This document shows, one piece after another, positions 1-11,200 of a stretch of 64,000 nt of DNA. The stretch lies in the NCBI GenBank assembly GCA_964057225.1, contig OZ059896.1, positions 1,984,001 through 2,048,000 of the forward strand, read 5' to 3'. This stretch comes from Auanema rhodensis. Taxonomy: Eukaryota > Animalia > Nematoda. A program made the position numbers and the translations under genes. How positions within the stretch are numbered: the first letter of the stretch is position 1; the number at the start of each line of letters is the position of its first letter. The notes under the pieces were generated by a model. That model was not told the origin of the DNA and did not search any database. It saw nothing but the letters and a program-made list of their open reading frames with translations.

Positions 1-1072
1 ATTTTAAATGTTTACTGATACTCTATAATACGTTATGCATCTCTTGATAATTTTTTCATTCTTCTTTGTATTTGTTAAAATTTCTTCATGTTTTCTTATT
101 GAAAATCCTTCTTGATACTTCTTCTTTGCTTTTAATACTTCCCCATAAAATGATATTACTTTTTTCGAAATCTGTTCATATTTTAAATGTTTACTGATAC
201 TCTATAATACGTTATGCATCTCTTGATAATTTTTTCATTCTTCTTTGTATTTGTTAAAATTTCTTCATGTTTTCTTACTGAAAATCCTTCTTGATACTTC
301 TTCTCTGCTTTTAATACTTCCCCATGAATTGATATTACTTTTTTTGAAACCTGTTCATATTCCAAATGTTTACTGATACTCTATAATATGTTATGCATCT
401 TTCGATAATTTTCTCATTCTTTTTTGTATTTGTTGAAATTTCTTCATGTTATCTTACTGAAAATGCTTCTTGATACTTTTTTTTGTTTTTAATACTTCCC
501 CATGAAATGATATTACTTTTTTTGAAATCTGTTCATATTTTAAATGTTTACTGATACTCTATAATACGTTATGCATCTCTTGATAATTTTTTCATTCTTC
601 TTTGTATTTGTTAAAATTTCTTCATGTTTTCTTATTGAAAATCCTTCTTGATACTTCTTCTTTGCTTTTAATACTTCCCCATGAAATGATATTACTTTTT
701 TTGAAACCTGTTCATATTTTAAATGTTTACTGATACTCTATAATACGTTATGCATCTCTTGATAATTTTTTCATTCTTCTTTGTATTTGTTAAAATTTCT
801 TCATGTTTTCTTACTGAAAATCCTTCTTGATACTTCTTCTCTGCTTTTAATACTTCCCCATGAATTGATATTACTTTTTTTGAAACCTGTTCATATTCCA
901 AATGTTTACTGATACTCTATAATATGTTATGCATCTTTCGATAATTTTCTCATTCTTTTTTGTATTTGTTGAAATTTCTTCATGTTATCTTACTGAAAAT
1001 GCTTCTTGATACTTTTTTTTGTTTTTAATACTTCCCCATGAATTGATATTACTTTTTTTGAAACCTGTTCAT
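1..1072. repeat. 536-bp higher-order repeat (3-mer: 179+179+178), two copies
   Basis: Diagnostic variants recur at +536: CTTATTGAAAA (units 1 and 4), TTCTCTGC (units 2 and 5), and ATTCCAAATG/TTTCGATAA/GTTGAAA plus a 1-bp shorter length (units 3 and 6). Identical 60-aa ORFs at 183 and 719 are also 536 bp apart. Confidence 0.9.
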
Positions 1073-1364
1073 ATTTTAAATGTTTACTGATACTCTATAA
1101 TATGTTATACATCTCTTGATAATTTTCTCATTCTTATTTGTATTTGTTAAAATTTCTTCATGTTTTCTTAATGAAAATCCTTCTTGATACTTCTTCTTTG
1201 CTTTTAAAACTTGATTTCCCCATGAGTTGATATTACTTTTTTTGAAACCTGTTCATATTTTAAATGTTTACTGATACTCTATAATATGTTATACATCTCT
1301 TGATAATTTTCTCATTCTTATTTGTATTTGTTAAAATTTCTTCATGTTTTCTTACTGAAAATGC
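1..1364. repeat. ~179-bp AT-rich satellite array (about 7.6 monomers visible, truncated by the window's left edge)
   Basis: The unit ATTTTAAATGTTTACTGATACTCT... (variant ATTCCAAATG...) recurs at 1, 180, 359, 537, 716, 895, 1073 and 1257, with spacings 179, 179, 178, 179, 179, 178 and 184. The last unit is truncated at ...TACTGAAAATGC (1364). The + strand is strongly T-rich. Confidence 0.97.
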
Positions 1365-1397
1365 AGGAAAATTTTTGTCAAAATGTTTTTGGAAGCA

Positions 1398-1425
1398 ATG
1401 TTGAGTGTACATGGAAACTCAACAT
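1398..1425. other. 28-bp quasi-palindrome in the 351-bp monomer (example copy)
   Basis: ATGTTGAGTGTACATGGAAACTCAACAT equals its reverse complement at 24/28 positions, with perfect 9-bp arms ATGTTGAGT/ACTCAACAT and a CATG centre. Confidence 0.9.
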
Positions 1426-1927
1426 ACACTAATGCATCATTTTTCAAACGATCATAACTAATTTTTGTATTGAGCGTTTCTCCATGTAGTATAGTGCATT
1501 CGATGCGGATTTTTAAGCTGCGTCGATCTGTGTTATCAGATTTGCGCTAGCTTGAAAATGCACCGAGATATCAACTGATATAGGTTCACACTTATATCCT
1601 CGATTTTCACCGTGAAGAATTAATTTTTTTGTTGAATAACAATGTCCATCGTCTTTGTCTTGAAAAAAGGAATCTAAAAACATCTACTTTTTGTGAAATT
1701 ATTTTGAAATTTTTCGGGAAACTTTTTGTCAAAATGTTTTTGGAAGCAATGTTGAGTGTACATGGAAACTCAACATACACTAATGCATCATTTTTCAAAG
1801 GATCATAACTAATTTTTGTATTGAGCGTTTCTTAATGTAGTATAGTGCATTCGATGCGGATTTTTAAGCTGGGTCGATCTGTGTTATCAGATTTGCGCTA
1901 CCTTAAAAATACACCGAGATATCAACT

Positions 1928-1949
1928 GATATAAGTTCACACTTATATC
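1928..1949. other. Perfect 9-bp-stem, 4-nt-loop hairpin in the 351-bp monomer (example copy)
   Basis: GATATAAGT-TCAC-ACTTATATC. Confidence 0.92.
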
Positions 1950-2201
1950 CTCGATTTTCACCCTGAAGAATTAATTTTTTTGTTGAATAACAATGTCCAT
2001 CGTCTTTGTCTTGAAAAAAGGAATCTAAAAACATCTACTTTTTGTGAAATTATTTTGAAATTTTTCGGGAAACTTTTTGTCAAAATGTTTTTGGAAGCAA
2101 TGTTGAGTGTACATGGAAACTCAACATACACTAATGCATCATTTTTCAAAGGATCATAACTAATTTTTGTATTTAGCTTTTCTCAATGTAATATAGTGCA
2201 T

Positions 2202-2268
2202 TCGATGCGGATTTTTAAGCTGCGTCGATCTGTGTTATCAGATTTGCGCTAGCTTAAAAATGCACCGA
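2202..2268. other. ~67-bp imperfect inverted repeat present in every 351-bp monomer (example copy)
   Basis: TCGATGC-gg-ATTTTTAAGCT-GCG-tcgATCTG [TGTTAT] CAGATttg-CGC-t-AGCTTAAAAAT-GCACCGA. The perfect 11-bp core is ATTTTTAAGCT (2211-2221) / AGCTTAAAAAT (2251-2261). Confidence 0.9.
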
Positions 2269-5200
2269 GATATCAACTGATATAAGTTCACACTTATATC
2301 CTCGATTTTCACCCTGAAGAATTAATTTTTTCGTTGAATAACATTGTCCATCGTTTTTGCCTTGAAAAAAGGAATCTAAAAACATCTACTTTTTGCTAAA
2401 TTATTTTGAAATTTTTCGAAAACATTTTTGTCAAAATGTTTTTGGAAGCAATTTTGAGTGTACATGGAAACTCAACATACACTAATGCATCATTTTTCAA
2501 ACGATCATAACTAATTTTTGTATTTAGCTTTTCTCAATGTAATATAGTGCATTCGATGCGGATTTTTAAGCTGCGTCGATCTGTGTTATCAGATTTGCGC
2601 TAGCTTAAAAATGCACCGAGATATCAACTGATATAAGTTCACACTTATATCCTCGATTTTCACCCTGAAGAATTAATTTTTTCGTTGAATAACATTGTCC
2701 ATCGTTTTTGCCTTGAAAAAAGGAATCTAAAAACATCTACTTTTTGCTAAATTATTTTGAAATTTTTCGAAAACATTTTTGTCAAAATGTTTTTGGAAGC
2801 AATTTTGAGTGTACATGGAAACTCAACATACACTAATGCATCATTTTTCAAACGATCATAACTAATTTTTGTATTTAGCTTTTCTCAATGTAATATAATG
2901 CATTCGATGCGGATTTTTAAGCTGCGTCGATCTGTGTTATCAGATTTGCGCTAGCTTAAAAATGCACCGAGATATCAACTGATATAAGTTCACACTTATA
3001 TCCTCGATTTTCACCCTGAAGAATTAATTTTTTCGTTGAATAACATTGTCCATCGTTTTTGCCTTGAAAAAAGGAATCTAAAAACATCTACTTTTTGCTA
3101 AATTATTTTGAAATTTTTCGAAAACATTTTTGTCAAAATGTTTTTGGAAGCAATTTTGAGTGTACATGGAAACTCAACATACACTAATGCATCATTTTTC
3201 AAACGATCATAACTAATTTTTGTATTTAGCTTTTCTCAATGTAAAATAATGCATTCGATGCGGATTTTTAAGCTGCGTCGATCTGTACTATCAGATTTGC
3301 GCTAGCTTGAAAATGCACCGAGATATCAACTGATATAAGTTCACACTTATATCCTCGATTTTCACCCTGAAGAATTAATTTTTTCGTTGAATAACATTGT
3401 CTATCGTTTTTGCCTTGAAAAAAGGAATCTAAAAACATCTACTTTTTGCTAAATTATTTTCAAATTTTTCGAAAAAATTTTTGTCAAAATGTTTTTGGAA
3501 GCAATGTTGAGTGTACATGGAAACTCAACATACACTAATGCATCATTTTTCAAACGATCATAACTAATTTTTGTATTAAGCGTTTCTCAATGTAGTATAG
3601 TGCATTCGATGCGGATTTTTAAGCTGCGTAGATCTGTGTTATCAGATTTGCGCTAGCTTGAAAATGCACCGAGATATCAACTGATATAAGTTCACACTTA
3701 TATCCTCGATTTTCACCCTGAAGAATTAATTTTTTCGTTAAATAACATTGTCTATCGTTTTTGCCTTGAAAAAAGGAATCTAAAAACATCTACTTTTTGC
3801 TAAATTATTTTCATATTTTTCGAAAAAATTTTTGTCAAAATGTTTTTGGAAGCAATTTTGAGTGTACATGGAAACTCAACATACACTAATGCATCATTTT
3901 TCAAAGGATCATAACTAATTTTTGTATTGAGCGTTTCTTAATGTAGTATAGTGCATTCGATGCGGATTTTTAAGCTGGGTCGATCTGTGTTATCAGATTT
4001 GCGCTACCTTAAAAATACACCGAGATATCAACTGATATAAGTTCACACTTATATCCTCGATTTTCACCCTGAAGAATTAATTTTTTTGTTGAATAACAAT
4101 GTCCATCGTCTTTGTCTTGAAAAAAGGAATCTAAAAACATCTACTTTTTGTGAAATTATTTTCAAATTTTTCGAAAAAATTTTTGTCAAAATGTTTTTGG
4201 AAGCAATTTTGAGTGTACATGGAAACTCAACATACACTAATGCATCATTTTTCAAACGATCATAACTATTTTTTGTATTAAGCGTTTCTTAATGTAGTAT
4301 AGTACATTCGATGCGGATTTTTAAGCTGCGTCGATCTGTGTTATCAGATTTGCGCTAGCTTAAAAATGCACCGAGATATCAACTGATATAAGTTCACACT
4401 TATATCCTCGAATTTCACCCTGAAGAATTAATTTTTTCGTTGAATAACATTGTCTATCGTTTTTGCCTTGAAAAAAGGAATCTAAAAACATCTACTTTTT
4501 GCTAAATTATTTTCAAATTTTTCGAAAAAATTTTTGTCAAAATGTTTTTGGAAGCAATGTTGAGTGTACATGGAAACTCAACATACACTAATGCATCATT
4601 TTTCAAACGATCATAACTAATTTTTGTATTAAGCGTTTCTTAATGTAGTATAGTACATTCGATGCGGATTTTTAAGCTGCGTCGATCTGTGTTATCAGAT
4701 TTGCGCTAGCTTAAAAATGAACCGAGATATCAACTGATATAAGTTCACACCTATATCCTCGATTTTCAACCTGAAGAATTAATTTTTTCGTTGAATAACA
4801 TTGTCTATCGTTTTTGCCTTGAAAAAAGAAATCTAAAAACATCTACTTTTTGCTAAATTATTTTGAAATTTTTCGAAAAAATTTTTGTCAAAATGTTTTT
4901 GGAAGCAATGTTGAGTGTACATGGAAACTCAACATACACTAATGCATCATTTTTCAAACGATCATAACTAATTTTTGTATTAAGCGTTTCTCAATGTAGT
5001 ATAGTGCATTCGATGCGGATTTTTAAGCTGCGTCGATCTGTACTATCAGATTTGCGCTAGCTTAAAAATGCACCGAGATATCAACTGATATAAGTTCACA
5101 CTTATATCCTCGATTTTCACCCTGAAGAATTAATTTTTTCGTTGAATAACACTGTCCATCGTTTTTGCCTTGAAAAAAGAAATCTAAAAACATCTACTTT

Positions 5201-8200
5201 TTGCTAAATTATTTTGAAATTTTTCGAAAAAATTTTTGTCAAAATGTTTTTGGAAGCAATTTTGAGTGTACATGGAAACTCAACATACACTAATGCATCA
5301 TTTTTCAAACGATCATAACTAATTTTTGTATTTAGCTTTTCTCAATGTAGTTCAGTGCATTCGATGCGGATTTTTAAGCTGCGTCGATCTGTACTATCAG
5401 ATTTGCGCTAGCTTGAAAATGCACCGAGATATCAACTGATATAAGTTCACACCTATATCCTCGATTTTCACCCTGAAGAATTAATTTTTTAGTTGAATAA
5501 CATTGTCTATCGTTTTTGCCTTGAAAAAAGAAATCTAAAAACATCTACTTTTTGCTAAATTATTTTCAAATTTTTCGAAAAAATTTTTGTCAAAATGTTT
5601 TTGGAAGCAATTTTGAGTGTACATGGAAACTCAACATACACTAATGCATCATTTTTCAAACGATCATAACTAATTTTTGTATTTAGCTTTTCTCAATGTA
5701 GTTCTGTGCATTCGATGCGGATTTTTAAGCTGCGTCGATCTGTACTATCAGATTTGCGCTAGCTTGAAAATGCACCGAGATATCAACTGATATAAGTTCA
5801 CACTTATATCCTCGATTTTCACCCTGAAGAATTAATTTTTTCGTTGAATAACATTGTCTATCGTTTTTGCCTTGAAAAAAGAAATCTAAAAACATCTACT
5901 TTTTGCTAAATTATTTTCAAATTTTTCGAAAAAATTTTTGTCAAAATGTTTTTGGAAGCAATTTTGAGTGTACATGGAAACTCAACATACACTAATGCAT
6001 CATTTTTCAAACGATCATAACTAATTTTTGTATTGAGTGTTTCTCAATGTAGTATAGTGCATTCGATGTGGATTTTCAAGCTGCGTCGATCTGTGTTATC
6101 AGATTTGCGCTAGCTTAAAAATGCACCGAGATATCAACTGATATAAGTTCACACTTATATCCTCGATTTTCACCCTGAAGAATTAATTTTTTTGTTGAAT
6201 AACAATGTCCATCGTCTTTGTCTTGAAAAAAGGAATCTAAAAACATCTACTTTTTGTGAAATTATTTTGAAATTTTTCGGGAAAATTTTTGTCAAAATGT
6301 TTTTGGAAGCAATGTTGTGTGTACATGGAAACTCAACATACACTAATGCATCATTTTTCAAACGATCATAACTAATTTTTGTATTAAGCGTTTCTTAATG
6401 TAGTTCAGTGCATTCGATGCGGATTTTTAAGCTGCGTCGATCTGTACTATCAGATTTGCGCTAGCTTGAAAATGCACCGAGATATCAACTGATATAAGTT
6501 CACACCTATATCCTCGATTTTCACCCTGAAGAATTAATTTTTTCGTTGAATAACATTGTCCATCGTTTTTGCCTTGAAAAAAGAAATCTAAAAACATCTA
6601 CTTTTTGCTAAATTATTTTCAAATTTTTCGAAAAAATTTTTGTCAAAATGTTTTTGGAAGCAATTTTGAGTGTACATGGAAACTCAACATACACTAATGC
6701 ATCATTTTTCAAACGATCATAACTAATTTTTGTATTTAGCTTTTCTCAATGTAGTTCAGTGCATTCGATGCGGATTTTTAAGCTGCGTCGATCTGTACTA
6801 TCAGATTTGCGCTAGCTTGAAAATGCACCGAGATATCAACTGATATAAGTTCACACTTATATCCTCGATTTTCACCCTGAAGAATTAATTTTTTCGTTGA
6901 ATAACATTGTCTATCGTTTTTGCCTTGAAAAAAGAAATCTAAAAACATCTACTTTTTGCTAAATTATTTTCAAATTTTTCGAAAAAATTTTTGTCAAAAT
7001 GTTTTTGGAAGCAATTTTGAGTGTACATGGAAACTCAACATACACTAATGCATCATTTTTCAAACGATCATAACTAATTTTTGTATTGAGTGTTTCTCAA
7101 TGTAGTATAGTGCATTCGATGTGGATTTTCAAGCTGCGTCGATCTGTGTTATCAGATTTGCGCTAGCTTAAAAATGCACCGAGATATCAACTGATATAAG
7201 TTCACACTTATATCCTCGATTTTCACCCTGAAGAATTAATTTTTTTGTTGAATAACAATGTCCATCGTCTTTGTCTTGAAAAAAGGAATCTAAAAACATC
7301 TACTTTTTGTGAAATTATTTTGAAATTTTTCGGGAAAATTTTTGTCAAAATGTTTTTGGAAGCAATGTTGTGTGTACATGGAAACTCAACATACACTAAT
7401 GCATCATTTTTCAAACGATCATAACTAATTTTTGTATTAAGCGTTTCTTAATGTAGTTCAGTGCATTCGATGCGGATTTTTAAGCTGCGTCGATCTGTAC
7501 TATCAGATTTGCGCTAGCTTGAAAATGCACCGAGATATCAACTGATATAAGTTCACACCTATATCCTCGATTTTCACCCTGAAGAATTAATTTTTTCGTT
7601 GAATAACATTGTCCATCGTTTTTGCCTTGAAAAAAGAAATCTAAAAACATCTACTTTTTGCTAAATTATTTTGAAATTTTTCGAAAAAATTTTTGTCAAA
7701 ATGTTTTTGGAAGCAATTTTGAGTGTACATGGAAACTCAACATACACTAATGCATCATTTTTCAAACGATCATAACTAATTTTTGTATTTAGCTTTTCTC
7801 AATGTAGTTCAGTGCATTCGATGCGGATTTTTAAGCTGCGTCGATCTGTACTATCAGATTTGCGCTAGCTTGAAAATGCACCGAGATATCAACTGATATA
7901 AGTTCACACCTATATCCTCGATTTTCACCCTGAAGAATTAATTTTTTAGTTGAATAACATTGTCTATCGTTTTTGCCTTGAAAAAAGAAATCTAAAAACA
8001 TCTACTTTTTGCTAAATTATTTTCAAATTTTTCGAAAAAATTTTTGTCAAAATGTTTTTGGAAGCAATTTTGAGTGTACATGGAAACTCAACATACACTA
8101 ATGCATCATTTTTCAAACGATCATAACTAATTTTTGTATTTAGCTTTTCTCAATGTAGTTCAGTGCATTCGATGCGGATTTTTAAGCTGCGTCGATCTGT

Positions 8201-11200
8201 ACTATCAGATTTGCGCTAGCTTGAAAATGCACCGAGATATCAACTGATATAAGTTCACACTTATATCCTCGATTTTCACCCTGAAGAATTAATTTTTTCG
8301 TTGAATAACATTGTCTATCGTTTTTGCCTTGAAAAAAGAAATCTAAAAACATCTACTTTTTGCTAAATTATTTTCAAATTTTTCGAAAAAATTTTTGTCA
8401 AAATGTTTTTGGAAGCAATTTTGAGTGTACATGGAAACTCAACATACACTAATGCATCATTTTTCAAACGATCATAACTAATTTTTGTATTGAGTGTTTC
8501 TCAATGTAGTATAGTGCATTCGATGTGGATTTTCAAGCTGCGTCGATCTGTGTTATCAGATTTGCGCTAGCTTAAAAATGCACCGAGATATCAACTGATA
8601 TAAGTTCACACTTATATCCTCGATTTTCACCCTGAAGAATTAATTTTTTTGTTGAATAACAATGTCCATCGTCTTTGTCTTGAAAAAAGGAATCTAAAAA
8701 CATCTACTTTTTGTGAAATTATTTTGAAATTTTTCGGGAAAATTTTTGTCAAAATGTTTTTGGAAGCAATGTTGTGTGTACATGGAAACTCAACATACAC
8801 TAATGCATCATTTTTCAAACGATCATAACTAATTTTTGTATTAAGCGTTTCTTAATGTAGTTCAGTGCATTCGATGCGGATTTTTAAGCTGCGTCGATCT
8901 GTACTATCAGATTTGCGCTAGCTTAAAAATGCACCGAGATATCAACTGATATAAGTTCACACTTATATCCTCGATTTTCACCCTGAAGAATTAATTTTTT
9001 CGTTGAATAACATTGTCCATCGTTTTTGCCTTGAAAAAAGAAATCTAAAAACATCTACTTTTTGCTAAATTATTTTCAAATTTTTCGAAAAAATTTTTGT
9101 CAAAATGTTTTTGGAAGCAATTTTGAGTGTACATGGAAACTCAACATACACTAATGCATCATTTTTCAAACGATGATAACTAATTTTTGTATTTAGCTTT
9201 TCTCAATGTAGTTCAGTGCATTCGATGCGGATTTTTAAGCTGCGTCGATCTGTACTATCAGATTTGCGCTAGCTTGAAAATGCACCGAGATATCAACTGA
9301 TATAAGTTCACACTTATATCCTCGATTTTCACCCTGAAGAATTAATTTTTTCGTTGAATAACATTGTCTATCGTTTTTGCCTTGAAAAAAGAAATCTAAA
9401 AACATCTACTTTTTGCTAAATTATTTTCAAATTTTTCGAAAAAATTTTTGTCAAAATGTTTTTGGAAGCAATTTTGAGTGTACATGGAAACTCAACATAC
9501 ACTAATGCATCATTTTTCAAACGATCATAACTAATTTTTGTATTGAGTGTTTCTCAATGTAGTATAGTGCATTCGATGTGGATTTTCAAGCTGCGTCGAT
9601 CTGTGTTATCAGATTTGCGCTAGCTTAAAAATGCACCGAGATATCAACTGATATAAGTTCACACTTATATCCTCGATTTTCACCCTGAAGAATTAATTTT
9701 TTTGTTGAATAACAATGTCCATCGTCTTTGTCTTGAAAAAAGGAATCTAAAAACATCTACTTTTTGTGAAATTATTTTGAAATTTTTCGGGAAAATTTTT
9801 GTCAAAATGTTTTTGGAAGCAATGTTGTGTGTACATGGAAACTCAACATACACTAATGCATCATTTTTCAAACGATCATAACTAATTTTTGTATTAAGCG
9901 TTTCTTAATGTAGTATAGTGCATTCGATGTGGATTTTCAAGCTGCGTCGATCTGTGTTATCAGATTTGCGCTAGCTTAAAAATGCACCGAGATATCAACT
10001 GATATAAGTTCACACTTATATCCTCGATTTTCACCCTGAAGAATTAATTTTTTTGTTGAATAACAATGTCCATCGTCTTTGTCTTGAAAAAAGGAATCTA
10101 AAAACATCTACTTTTTGTGAAATTATTTTGAAATTTTTCGGGAAAATTTTTGTCAAAATGTTTTTGGAAGCAATGTTGTGTGTACATGGAAACTCAACAT
10201 ACACTAATGCATCATTTTTCAAACGATCATAACTAATTTTTGTATTAAGCGTTTCTTAATGTAGTATAGTACATTCGATGCGGATTTTTAAGCTGCGTCG
10301 ATCTGTGTTATCAGATTTGCGCTAGCTTAAAAATGAACCGAGATATCAACTGATATAAGTTCACACTTATATCCTCGATTTTCACCCTGAAGAATTAATT
10401 TTTTTGTTGAATAACAATGTCCATCGTCTTTGTCTTGAAAAAAGGAATCTAAAAACATCTACTTTTTGCTAAATTATTTTCAAATTTTTCGAAAAAATCT
10501 TTGTCAAAATGTTTTTGGAAGCAATTTTGAGTGTACATGGAAACTCAACATACACTAATGCATCATTTTTCAAACGATCATAACTAATTTTTGTATTAAG
10601 CGTTTCTTAATGTAGTATAGTACATTCGATGCGGATTTTTAAGCTGCGTCGATCTGTGTTATCAGATTTGCGCTAGCTTAAAAATGAACCGAGATATCAA
10701 CTGATATAAGTTCACACATATATCCTCGATTTTCACCCTGAAGAATTAATTTTTTCGTTGAATAACATTGTCTATCGTTTTTGCCTTGAAAAAAGAAATC
10801 TAAAAACATCTACTTTTTGCTAAATTATTTTCAAATTTTTCGAAAAAATTTTTGTCAAAATGTTTTTGGAAGCAATTTTGAGTGTACATGGAAACTCAAC
10901 ATACACTAATGCATCATTTTTCAAACGATCATAACTAATTTTTGTATTGAGTGTTTCTCAATGTAGTATAGTGCATTCGATGTGGATTTTCAAGCTGCGT
11001 CGATCTGTGTTATCAGATTTGCGCTAGCTTAAAAATGCACCGAGATATCAACTGATATAAGTTCACACTTATATCCTCGATTTTCACCCTGAAGAATTAA
11101 TTTTTTTGTTGAATAACAATGTCCATCGTCTTTGTCTTGAAAAAAGGAATCTAAAAACATCTACTTTTTGTGAAATTATTTTGAAATTTTTCGGGAAAAT

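Noticed and set aside
1398-1425. A CRISPR array with a 28-bp palindromic repeat
   Set aside because: The intervening ~323 bp are near-identical between units rather than unique spacers, and there are no cas genes or leader.
1-1716. The 351-bp unit as a dimer of, or derivative from, the 179-bp unit
   Set aside because: There is no alignable similarity beyond short AT-rich words (e.g. TGAAAATGC, ATGCATC), and no evident internal ~175-bp duplication within the 351-bp monomer.
1366-1716. Inferring methylation status from CpG content
   Set aside because: The evidence conflicts. About 11 CpGs per monomer show no obvious depletion, yet several common variants are CpG transitions (GAGCGT/GAGTGT, GATGCGG/GATGTGG, AACGAT/AACAAT).
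1928-1960. Rho-independent terminator or promoter calls for the hairpins and AT-rich boxes
   Set aside because: There is no gene context, the stems are AT-rich, and such motifs arise trivially in this composition.
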